From assembly GCA_964057225.1 (NCBI GenBank), contig OZ059900.1:7130001-7194000 (forward strand): a stretch of 64,000 nt of DNA, written 5' to 3'. The notes under the pieces were generated by a model. The model saw nothing but the letters and a program-made list of their open reading frames with translations, had not been told where the DNA came from and searched no databases. Shown in pieces: positions 51,627 to 64,000 of this stretch. Source of the DNA: Auanema rhodensis. Taxonomy: Eukaryota; Animalia; Nematoda. Position numbers and translations under genes: made by a program. Positions within the stretch are counted from its first letter, which is position 1. Each line of letters begins with the position of its first letter.

Positions 51627-54600
51627 TTTCCGCGCCCCACCGTCAAAACACTAGCCAACTGACGACGATCTCCTCCCCTCTCTCCTCGCTCTCTGTCTCT
51701 GACACTCAATCTCTGGTGCTCTCCAAATGTGAAAATACTATTTCACTTACTTGTCTCTTTTCAACAAAGCTATAGGCTGTAGGCAGAAGACAGAGAAAAA
51801 GAGAACATGGCAGTCCCACCAGAAGCCCGCCCTGCATCTTGCTTTCTGCAACACTCCCTCTCTCTGTGCCAACAAGTATAACTTTATATTTCTCTGGTTT
51901 CCTCTGCATGTCGGCATATCTGATTGAGGCCTGCTATCTCACACACTCACTCTGTGTTAAAGAGAGAGTGAGTGAGTGAGTGTGTATACATGCATGCTTG
52001 CCGCAAACAATATCAAGCGCGGCGTTGTACAGCCGCGCGCGAAATCGTCATAGCAGCCAAAACATGCAATTCAGCAGCGACGCGTAGACGCGCTATCGAA
52101 TCTTTTTGCTCTCTTCCTCTATTCCCCAGTCCCCGCTCTATTTCCCCTTTTCTCCAAGCCAACAGGGGCAGCTAGCCAACAAGCAAGCAGCCAAACAAGT
52201 GTCTTTCACTAGCACTCTCTTTAGGATAACATGCCAGAATAGTAGTATTTCATCATTTGGAGAGTTTTTGAAATAGTATAGAAGTTGAGGAGCTCTAGGC
52301 TCCATGAATAAGCTTGTCTCTTCTATACTTTGTCTGCGTATATCAAAAAGCTAACTAGTAAGCAAGTCAGCCAGACTGCCTATGTTGATGTAGTGTCTAT
52401 ATGTCTAACTAACTAGTAGTGAGTAAGGTGACTCAGCTTATAGTCCTATGATACCCGCAACAGAAGTGAAAAGCAAAATATCAAACGAAAAAAAAATAAA
52501 AAATGAACGATACATGGGATATTTAAGATCAATTCACCTGGTATTATTTATACTTTTTAATTATTCCTGTATGCAACATGAAGCACAAGTCATAGTACCC
52601 TATTTCTTCTTGTGTTGTCGGCCAAACGGCTGCTTCATACGTCACATGTTATTGCTAAACTTTGTCAAAATACTTTGTTATATAGATTATGCAAACTATC
52701 AAAACTGATATCCAACAATACTCATGTTTTTCATGTGAAATATCAATATCCTTATTGCTGTTTATAATCCATAAATCATCCAAATATTGACGTCAAACAA
52801 AGAAACAATGTAATAATGATAAGGTGAAATTTTAAAATATTATGAAAGTTGATTGTAGACACAGAAATTGAATTGCCCACACAAACAACAAAAGTATGAA
52901 CTTTTGTGAACAGCTAGAAAACAGTATGAGTCAGATGAACTACTAGATACATCACTCAATCTAACAATTTCACACTCTTCTTTTTACTTTATCTTTTCTT
53001 TTTTCATTATTTCTAACCATTCTCTTTCTTCATCTTCTCTTCCTTCATAGTTCATTTCAACAATGGAATGGTGCACGTACACAAAGATGAAGCCATCAGA
53101 AATACAACTAGTTGATGCCTAGTAGAAATGAGGGAACATCTGATGAACCTTGGCAACTGCACTATCTGGGATGACTCTTATCTACTTATTTTCAATACAC
53201 TTTCTGCAGTTCCATCAATCTTTTTTGTTTTCTGTTGTTCTCATCCAATCTTTTGTCTCCTACTCAATACTTTTTGCAGATTTTTTTGAAACAATGGCAC
53301 CAATTCTCGTATTTCCACATTTAGCTCGCTGTTTCCTATTTTTTCTCTCTTAATGTCCTTCTTGTCCTAGGATACGAAAAAGCGTGGTGTGCATCCTAGA
53401 AACAAAATCACAAACACAACACTGAAAGGAAAAAATCGAATCGAAATAAAAAAACGATGAATAAGCTAACTACATAACGTATGATGTTATTATGGCAACA
53501 TGAAGAATCATGAAATCGAATTCTATCCGGTCTTTTAAGTTTTGTATTGTGAATCAGGTCCTCACAATAAGAATAAAAGCCGAAAGAATTTCAACTGTTT
53601 TCCAAGACAATGCAGCTTTTTTAAACGTCTTCGTTCGTTTTTGTTTACAGTTTGAGAAAGAAAACATTTTTCATCTTTGACCACAAACATTTCAATACTA
53701 GAAAATATTGAATGGTGTAGTTTTCCTTCGAAAAAAATTAAGAAAAAAAAGTTGACTCATTTTACTTTTTTTTCTATTATTATTACCATTTGTTGCTTAT
53801 TTTCTTGAAAACTTTACGTTTCGCATGCTCTCTTGGAAGAAGACATCAACAGTAACTATGGAATGTGGCTAATAATAAATTTTCCGCATATGTTCATTTC
53901 ATTACCATCAGAATAAAAAATCAATCTACAAGGTAATACCGATTATTAGAAAAGTGTTATGGAAACAGAGATTCATGAACTATTCCAATATTATTTTACA
54001 AAGCAGTAGATGTGCTGGCTTCAAAGAAAAAAACAGTTGAAGATATTTTTAATGCAACTGTTTTGCGAAAAAAAAATCATTTGTAATGTTCAAGAAACAT
54101 TCTTGGAATCGTTAGGTTTATCAAAGTTTTGATCATTTTGATAATCAAATCCTGATATTTTCTTGTTATAACTCTTGTTACATTTCTATTCAGAAAATAA
54201 AACCATACAATACAGAAAAATGTTATTTGCTTGTTTACAAGCGCTTATGGAAAAGTTTTTTCTTGTGAGGTTGGAAATCTTATGGTTATCTTTTGATATA
54301 AATATTTTGCAGTCATATGGTTAACCATTAACCCAAAAATAATGAGTAGATCGCTAATGACAAAAAGAATAAAACATTCAATTATAATTTCAGTTGGCGG
54401 GAAATGTGATCAATTTCTAGTTTTCTGTCAATTAGCAATTTCTATTTTTAAATTTTATTATAAGCTTAATAGTTTATAAATTTTATAAAGAAACTCTTCA
54501 TACTGACAATTAAATACAGCTTTACGTCATATATATCTAAACTGCTATGATAGCTGAATAGAGAGCAATAATGCTGAGCTATAACCGAACCTGTCAAGAA

Positions 54601-57600
54601 AAAGTTATATTGGGAGAGAAGACAAAATATAAATAACCATGGCTCAAGTGAAAATTGTTGATTAAAAAACAGGAATGAAAAATTAGTCATGTACAAAGCA
54701 ATCGATTTACATATCATGAAGCTTTATATATATTGTAAAACAATGCGTGAATATTGTGAAATCAATTTCTAATAAGCGTTTTTTCGCAAACTGAAAATTC
54801 ATAAGATGTTTCACGAAAGTAGTTTCGTATATCATTATTTATGAGATTCCACAAACTCTAATTAAAAAGTATATTAATCTTAGTTCTCTGAATACGTCAA
54901 TTACTGGACTGAATGATTCATTATCTTTTAATGACATTCTCATTTTTCCGGATCAAAGGCTTAATAAGCTCTTCAATTTGCGATTTCCGATGTAATTGGT
55001 AGATATAGAGCGGAAACTGATTCCATGGTCTCGCTCTATAGCTTTATTAATATAACTAAATATATATAAGATCAAGCATTGTGAAAGCAAATAAAAAATC
55101 TTTGAATTTTCAGGGCATGCGAAAAAAAATAGAGAAACAGTGAAGACTTTTGCTTTTGAATAAACGTTGACTTTTAAAAAAATCACAGTTAAGCAGAATT
55201 CGTTCTATTTCCACGAACCAAAATATCTTTACTTTTCTTGCATAACACTATGGCTCAGCAATCTTAACTTAATTAGGTTAGAAGATGCTGCTGTTGTTAT
55301 CCTTACTCTTCCTGCTATTAGCATATAGTGAAATATTTGTACTTGTGATCGGTCTCTTTTCTGATCAGACGCTTAGAAATTAATTCAAAAATTGATCTCT
55401 ATGTTGAAATTATTTTCGAATGTTCAACTCTTCTTTTTAATTACTCATTTCAATTACAGGAGGAAGCAAATTTAATGTTCAGTTCAATAAGTTAAACAAA
55501 ACCTAGTTCAAATTTATAGATATAATAAACAAATTTGTTTTTTCTTTTCTTCTGACCGAGAAAACAGCATTTGAAATAAAATTTTACACGAAAACAATTT
55601 GCAAAAAATATTTGAGGTTTAAAAAATTTTTTGATGTTATCTTTTCTTTATTTTTCGCTGCATTGTTTCTTCTGCGATGAACTATGCTCTGATATTTTCT
55701 ATTGAATAGCCAGCGGCGTGGTGAAGGTGATTGGGCAGATTAGAGAATATTGACAATCCTCGCTCGACAATTTGGAATGACAATTGCTCACTGTCTACCA
55801 TGAGACACGTTGTTCTATCAAAACTTCATCAAGAAAACAAAAAAGCTGGTAAATGATTAAACTAACATATTCCAAGATTTTGCTAGTAAGATCACGAGTT
55901 ATATGATTCAAATATACTTCAATGTAGCTTTTAACATAAATTTATGTTTCATAGCTCTAATCAACAGTTGAAAATATGCCAATAGAAAAACGTTTGGAAC
56001 AAACGTTGACATCATTGGATAAAACAAAAAAATTATTTAACTGCTACTTTCCAAGTCTGGGGGAAATTCGACTATATGTATCTTTAGAAATAAAGATTTT
56101 GGATTAATCAAATATAAGAAATACTAAATGAATTATATTATATTAAAAATTATTGAAAAGCTCGCTACATCAACTTAATTGTATAAATAGAGAAAGAGGA
56201 TAACTTGAATACTTTTGCCCAATGTTCAAAGCTGAAGAGCCAAGTGAGAATATGTTTTAATTCAAAAATTCAAACTTCCACAAACAAGTTTTCATCAATC
56301 ATTGTTATTTGTAACAAAGTTCTCATTTACTTGACTGTATAAAACTAAACGCTTAAATGTTTTTCCATTGTTTCTTCTCGCAATGTCTTTTTTGTTGAAA
56401 CATTTTAGTATGATCTCAATCACATATGAACTTGGATGTCAGATAGAGCATTAAAAGTATTCTCTCCACCGCAATAGAGTTTTCTAGTGTTTCGAACAAT
56501 ACATCAAAACTCTAAGAAGATGTACCAGAACTCAAAACTTTATTTGAATTTTAATGGTTCTGCTCCAACTATTACACAAAGCGATTGTGTGAGAAACAAA
56601 ATAAAAAATATCTACATAGCACATGATCGAAATAAGTTTTCGAAGCAAAGAACATATTTCAGGGACAAAGTAAGTGCGAATTTACTCATTTGAAGAAAGG
56701 TAAAAAAATTTGAAAATAGATAGTTGAGACTTTTTTTTCTGAACTCTTAAGATTATTATAAGAAATCAGTTATTAGATCAACAATTTTTGCTTGTAAAGT
56801 GAGCTAAGCCATACGAAATTAAAGCCGAAGGAGAGTCAAAGTATGAAAATGCTTTAATGTATATATCGAATCATTTGAAAAGCACACTTTCTAAAATAAA
56901 ATAGCATATTTAAGCCATAGGCTAAACATTTATCACAACACCTATTTTTAGACTTTGAAAAATTCAGGCTACACTCAAAATCGTGCTTAATCGAAAATAA
57001 ATCTATTATTTGCTGATGATCACATAAGATGAATAAGAACAAGAAGTATCTGTCACATCAGGTAAAGCACACAGTGTGAAGATTAAATAGAGAAAGCCAT
57101 TCAAAGAAGAGTGAAAAGAAAGACTGAATTGAAGGAAATTGAGAATGAAATTTTTTTAAATAGTGAGTGTACTATGTGAAAAAATATGAATAAGATGAAA
57201 AGCTTCACTTTAAAAAGAAACGAAACGTTCTTCAAAGTGTAAGCGTTCGCAAAAGCAGAGTGCAGAAAACAAGAAAGAGAAGATAAGCAAAATTTGTGAA
57301 ACTTGTTTCATGCAAAGCTTAGGTCAAATAAAGGCATATCGTGTGTATATGAAAGATTATATAACACTGATTCATGGTGTTATTTATTTTCCCTATATTG
57401 AGGTACTTTGGTGCTGATGCATTGTCTTCAATTCTATTTTTCTCCCAAGTTTTGTTCAGATATACCGATTATATTAATCATATCAACCCATTTATTCGGC
57501 ATAACTGATTTCGAATTTTATAGATCTGGATGACTGTTATTCAATATTCTCTAAAAAAATGTCAAATAACATATATTTTTATTTTTTTCTTGTGCCTTCA

Positions 57601-58381
57601 CTCACCAGCACAATGCAGTAGAACAAAGGAAAGATTAGGTAGGTACTCCGATTTGAATATATTTTTATACAAAATTATGAGAGAAGTAGAGAAATGAAAA
57701 TGAATTGCTTTAAATGACATTAAACATAAGTTGTTTAAAAAAATAAAAACGTTAATGTACCAAAAATTTCTCAAAAAACATATCAGATTCTTTTGCCAGC
57801 AATTTCTGCTTGAATACAATATTTTTGCAGAACTATTGGATAAAAAATGATTGCATTAATCATATCCATATTCAAATTTCAATCTCAACATCATGTATAT
57901 TTTGATGAAAGGGTCAAGGGCTTACGAAAATATTTTTTTCTACCTAAAGCAGTTGAGTATCAATGTGGATGCTGGATACATACATACATATATATATATG
58001 ATCAGTAAGTCAAAAAAACAAATGAGAGAAAATAGAAAGAGATAAGACTATATATCAAGAAAATTAGAAGAAAAAAGAACTATGAATAGTGAGTTATGTG
58101 AAAAGAGAGAACGAGAAAAAAGAAAATATGAATGCAGTCAAAAAAGAAAAACTAAGATATCCTAGAAACAGTTTGAATAATTAAAAAAAAGCAAAAAAAA
58201 ATATACACAAAGAACACTTAGAAGCCTGATTGCAAATGAGCAAGGACCAACTTAATATAAATCTAAACGCACCGAAAATAATAGCTGATTGAAAGCTATA
58301 TTAAGTGAATAAAAAAAACAAAACTGGAGAATTATTTTGCCAATTATTATAGAATCATAATGCTTATAACGATATTTTCAG

Positions 58382-60743
58382 CTAAATTTTTATCATTCGA
58401 ATTCAATTTGACATCTAGTGATTTCGTATCTTCTGGAGCAACACATACTATTCTGCCTATTCAAGATACAAGTAATGATACTCTATTCACATCAGGAATG
58501 TTAGTTGCACAGCGATAACTACAATTAACAATAATAAATTTAGAATTCCAAAAAAAATAATGAGAAACATAACCGTTATGAATTTGGAAGATTACGTAAC
58601 ATCTGTACGTGATAAGCGATGGTTACCTATCAATAATATACGTGAAGAATTGTCGAGATGTTTGAAAACGAAATACAGTTCGGTTTCTTCGAGCAGTTTC
58701 AAGGTAAATTAGTTTCAAATGTTGATATCTCGAAGAAAAACATTCAACATAATTTATAATAGCCGGCAAGTTTTTCAGTATGACAAGGGAATGCACGGAT
58801 GGTTTACTCTGTTAAAAGTTGCCTGCCTCGAATTAGATGAAAATGATTATTATTTCGCTATAGCATACTATAGAAGTCGTTTTCGCCTCAAACAAGTCTA
58901 TCTTAGAAGACAAAATCAGTTAGTTTATCAAAAGCTTTACTTTGTTGATCTCAATGCTCAATTTGCAAATTTGTGTGAAATGTTTCGGTTTATAACGCTC
59001 CCTCTCTTCTTTGGAATGCCCTATTGATGTTACATGTAGGATTCTATATTTTTTGTTGAAAATGAGAAATAGATGCCGAAAAAGATCAACTATAAGTATA
59101 CACTCTTAAGAATATTAAATTGCTAGAGACATCTTGGCTCAAACATTTTTTACGTTGGGTGGTCTAAACTTGTTCTACGTCCATACGTCGTATTCATTGA
59201 ATAATCTGCACAAAATGTTAGCATTTAATTATTCAGCATGACTAGATATCAAATACAAAGGCTGTTGAAATTATGGCATCATACTCTCGACTATTCAGTT
59301 GTGATATCGATGAGAGAAATAACAAGTTTGTCTATTGAAATCAAATTTAACAGACATCATTTTCATTGAGCTCCATTCATTCAGAAACTACATGCCATTA
59401 ATATTCAACTATTTATGTCATGAAGATTTCTGATGAATTCATGTTAGAATTTCAGCAACAACGCATTGGTATATTAGCGTTTTTCTATAACGACAAGCTA
59501 TTTTTTTAAAATTTAAATTTGAATGAAGTAACACAATAAAATATACAGAATTAAATTATAATCATAATAAATATTTAGATACTGGGCTACATCTGGACGT
59601 AACTTGATGAGTCGTGATATTCAAAAAATGACACATGTATTTTCGGCGGGATATCAAAAATTTGTGGAAACTGAATTACAAAAAGAGCTAAAAGCAATAG
59701 GCCGTGTACCGCGTAGATTGCATTCGGAACCAATCATTCGCTTGTCATCTGCTAATAGAAATATTTTCAAAGATTTCTTTATTCTATCAACAAATGCAGC
59801 CGATAACAAAGGACCTTTTCAATCGTTTGAAACTGTCACATTGCCGGTAAATTCATTCTATTTTTAATTTGAATCCTTTTTAATTTAAAACATGAACTTA
59901 AAAACATAAAAGAACACAAAGTTAACCATGTTTTTATTTTTTGTTATCTAAATCTTCAAAATCATATTTTATTTTCAAGTATACGATTCGTATTATGGTT
60001 GCATCAATTGATAGAAAAGGAACAATCTTGGATAGTTTGACGGACGACCTAGATGATGAAGCATACAATACATTGGCATCTTGTCGAGAATCTTTTTGTG
60101 AATATGAATCAGATGTTAGTTTCAAAAATTGTTAATATATATGGACTCTCTTGACCTCATTTCAGAGCCAATTAAATCATAATACGAAAACAAAAACAAA
60201 TATGTTGGGTAAAGTTCGTGGATTGAGTTTGAGCGCTGGACATACAGATGTACTGCTAGCATATCAGAGTTCCAAACCTAACTTCAAACTGAGTGAGCTT
60301 AAGAAACGTACCGGCCATGGAGTTGTGTAGGTGTTATTTTTAAATATATCTAATAACGACCAGAAACCAAAGGTATTGATTAGATAAGAAAAATCATAAA
60401 CTTTATCAAACGTCTACGCATTTAGTGTTGCAGATGAATACGATTAATTTTATGATGTAGTTTTACATCATTCACAGCTTAAGTTGCAAAATTCAATCAC
60501 ACTTCAAGATTACTATTGAATTTAATACTTCGATTTTTTGAACAATTTACTTTCAGGGATGTTCGGGCCCAAGCTGATAAAGTTTTAATCAAAATTTGGG
60601 AGACATTACTAAGACAACAATTTACGTTGGCAATGCGATTGCATTCTCCTGTATTTAGCGGAAGCATGAACGAAGTATCAGAACAACCAATCACCACAAC
60701 GCCCAATTATCCTGAGGATAGCTATGACGAAGACATTGAATGA
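58382..60743 (+). CDS. Multi-exon gene of unknown function, apparently disrupted (frameshift and in-frame stop); 5' end uncertain
   Basis: Chain of splice-flanked coding segments: AKFLSFEFNLTSSDF...|IPKKIMRNITVMNLEDYVTSVRDKRWLP...|YDKGMHGWFTLLKVACLELDENDYYFAIAYYRS...|YWATSGRNLMSRDIQKMTHVFSAGYQKFVETELQKELKAIGRVPRRLHSEPIIRLS...|YTIRIMVASIDRKG...|MLGKVRGLSLSAGHTDVLLAY...|DVRAQADKVLIKIW...EDSYDEDIE*. Confidence 0.7.
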
Positions 60744-63700
60744 GATTATATAAGACTGAGAAGATAACTCAAATTTTGTTTTCTTGAATCTAATTACATC
60801 TTAACGTCACACGTTATTTTTCATTGATTTCTATTCTGCATACAACGTGTTCTCGTCAATTGCTGTTTTTGTATCTCATGTCTAGTTTGATTTTCAATCA
60901 AATTTCTAGGAAATTGTCCTCCAGAAACTAACTTATGCTGTTCTATCATCTAGAGTTGAGCACTATAACTTTTACAAATGTTTTTTGAACAATCTCATAT
61001 GATTTTATTATGTTACATAATTTTAACGGAATACCTTTTTGAGAATCTTACCTTTCTCGTGTTAATTTCTACTCCCACAATCAGAAGTGTGTATACTTGA
61101 AAATTGTAATACATAAATTTTATTTTCTAATCAAATTACAATTGAAGTTGTATTTTATTGAAATTCATAGTGGATTAAAAGGCAAATCGGATTGTACTTG
61201 TAATCCTTGAAAATTCATGCAATAGTTGTAGTTTCGTATCACCTTGAGAGTTGTAAAATTACTCTTATCCAAGTTCACAAGCAATATAACACTTGTAAGC
61301 TTTGCTTCTGATTCATGATCCTCTTTTTATTTATAATTCATAACTCATAAACGTGAATATATTTATATTAATATATTATGGAACTGAGAAGAAATTGTAC
61401 TTATTTATTGCGAACAATAAAATCGTCTATTATTTCAAAATTTAATTTTATTGTGTGATTTTCCATTTTTTAAATGATCACTTTGTCAATTTCATGAGAG
61501 AAGGATATTAAAATCAGTATGGAAGATGACACTTAAAATGTAGTTTTACTCGCGTTGAGTATGCCTATCAACATAGAGTTGACTAATGCAATGAATGACT
61601 TTTTGGATTTCTAGTTAAGAGATGTGCCAATGAGAGATGAAGCGAGGATGGTTGAGGATTCAAGTGCTGAATACACACATATCTGACCATTATGCATCAA
61701 AGAGAGTACATATCAGAATGCTAGAATGCAAGCTGGGTCGAAAGAAACTGAGCAAGAAAGATTGAGAGTATAAGCGTTATGAAGAAATTAGTGACTCTCA
61801 GAGATGCAGCAGAAAACAGAGAGCTCAGAGAAGATCATAGTATAAGAGGATGAAAACGTGTATGATGAAAGCAGGATGCGACTGACAGAAAATGTAGTGC
61901 GAAGAATAACTCAGAAAATTTCTATTCAACTAATGAAAATAAACTCTTTCTTTCATCATTATATTTCGTTTTTTAGCATGTTTTTAAATATATATATATA
62001 TATTACGTTATTGCATTACTTCGATTAGGAAACCTTGTGTTTCTAAAAAAAGTAGTTATTACGGCCGCCTTTTGCAATAAACTGATACCACTTGCGATGA
62101 TATCATTGAATTCTAATATGTAAGACAATACAGAAAATATTATACCATTCTGAATACTGATTAATTTCATAACTACGATAATATCATAATATGAGCGATC
62201 TTGTTACTTATCTTTTTCGTTTTTATCATAGATTAAAATGTTTCAGGAAATGACGACAGGGCTGTAAAAATCATAAATTTTTTAACTCAAAGACGTTTGC
62301 TTGTGTCGTTCTTAACTTTATATTCATTCATATCGTCAAATACATCTTATGCCACTTTAAACTGTTCAAAAAGACATAAGCATGACAAAATTAGATGACA
62401 TTGACAGATAAACAAAGTTTTCAAGCATTTTTGTGAACATTTCATTCCAAAACTCAAACTTTTATTTATTATTGTGAATCAAAATTTCTGGATAAGTAGC
62501 TGCTATTAATCATTATTTACAACAAACTTTTATTTATTGCAACATAATTTTTAAGTATATTTTTATATATAGTATTATTAATAATATAGATCAGATATAA
62601 ATGCATAATATATGTATATTTATTTATCTTAAGAGCTTTGCAAAGATCTATAATCCACATGTCGCATTTGTCTTTAGTGAGATAATTCTTTAAGGCGATC
62701 AGTAGCGCTAGGTACCACTTCCTTTGTCAAGCCATTGTTCTCTTTTCTTCTATCATTTAACACTTCATGCTATTTGTTTTTACGGACGTTGTTTTATGTT
62801 TATTATGATACGTTTTGTGTTACAAAAAAATCTTTTGATAAGATTTATTTATTTAATGTAACTTTATTAAAAACTTTGAGTCTGATACATAATATATTAG
62901 TTTTAAACATAAAAATTGATAGTATATAATACAAATCATTCTTTTCATTATACAATATTTGAACTTCATTTTGATATAATATTTTTTCAATGACTAAATT
63001 CAAGTAAATACCATATATCAATCATAACAGAAAATAATGCAATTGCAGTATAAGAATCACACACAAAGTTTACAATAAATACTTCTACTTTTATTTTATG
63101 CTGAATTTCGTTTCAAGAATAATTGGACCAATAGGCTTTTTTTTTAAACTATTTCTTTTTTTCTACCACTTGTTCTTTCAATAATTTTTTTTGAATATTC
63201 ATAATGAAATCTAGTGAAAGTGTAATAACAATTTTCTTTCATTTTTTTACTAATACAGTAATCTTCTCATTTAATTTTCAATTTTTTTCCTAATACTCGT
63301 TTTCTTTTAATGTCCTTGGATTGATCTTGTGAGTATAAATTGTGTTTTTTTAACAAAAGGCAAATTTAATATTCTTCCTCGCGTATTTTTCATGAAATAG
63401 CTCATTACTTAATGCTCAGTCTCTATTATTCACTTTATTCTTCATGTCTTTGAGCTCTAAGCGCTATCGTTCTTTTTATCGGATCTGCCCTATTAAGCTT
63501 TGATCTCTTTTCACAAGTATTCTATGTCGCTTGTTGGAAAAGCTATTATCTAATTGAACGCGCTATATTATTTTCGTTGTCCATTAAGTATTTTTAAAAA
63601 AAAATTAGTTTGTACTCAAGTTCGTTAAAAAATTAGGCTCTCAGTGTATTTTCATCTATTTTTCATCTCACTCTTCACTATCGTATTTCTATTAGAACGC

Positions 63701-64000
63701 ATTTTACAGGATTTCGTTTTCTCTCTCTAGGCTGGTCAGAATAGACAACTATTGTTTCTAGCTCATGACTCCGCCTCTTTTCGTGTGTTTCTCATGCCAA
63801 TTGTCAGTATATCGCATAAAGCTACGCTAAGCTCCACCTCCTCTAAAACCATCTAGATTTTCTCCGGTTTAGTATGCCAACTTGGTTCTCTACATCAGCA
63901 GCCATCCTTATAGATTGTCACTCTCATGCTCTTTTCTTTAGTTTAACTCTAAATGAAAACTTACTTGCTATCAAAATGCTCATCTTATTTTTAACCTCGC

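Noticed and set aside
51941-51985. acacactcactct / agagtgagtg...gtgtgt inverted repeat
   Set aside because: Low-complexity promoter-region sequence; the pairing could easily arise by chance.

Overview
AT-rich eukaryotic DNA with short GT-AG introns and TTTCAG-type acceptors, most consistent with a clade V (rhabditid/strongylid-like) nematode. The single-ORF track is therefore mostly exon fragments or noise, and I assembled the gene models by hand from splice sites and phase. Genes: (1) 5' part of a PDZ-RhoGEF (rhgf-1/ARHGEF11-12-like), minus strand, running off the left edge; (2) a protist-type (GH25-like) lysozyme; (3) a TWK two-pore K+ channel; (4) a secreted Cys-rich protein with Argos/giant-lens-like cysteine spacing; (5) a Ser/Arg/Tyr-rich multi-exon protein; (6) a 221-aa type I membrane protein; (7) a two-exon Ser/Lys-rich protein; (8) a multi-exon gene that appears to be disrupted. 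The dominant structure is a 10.6-kb quasi-palindrome. Two 3,775-bp arms (36470-40244 and 43310-47084) match with no net indel and only six substitutions that I spotted. They carry the last exon of the membrane-protein gene and enclose a 3,065-bp spacer holding decayed, intron-less ORF fragments that resemble a Polinton/Maverick (adintovirus-like) element. I recognised no rRNA, tRNA or CRISPR array. Family assignments come from motif recognition by eye, not database searches.
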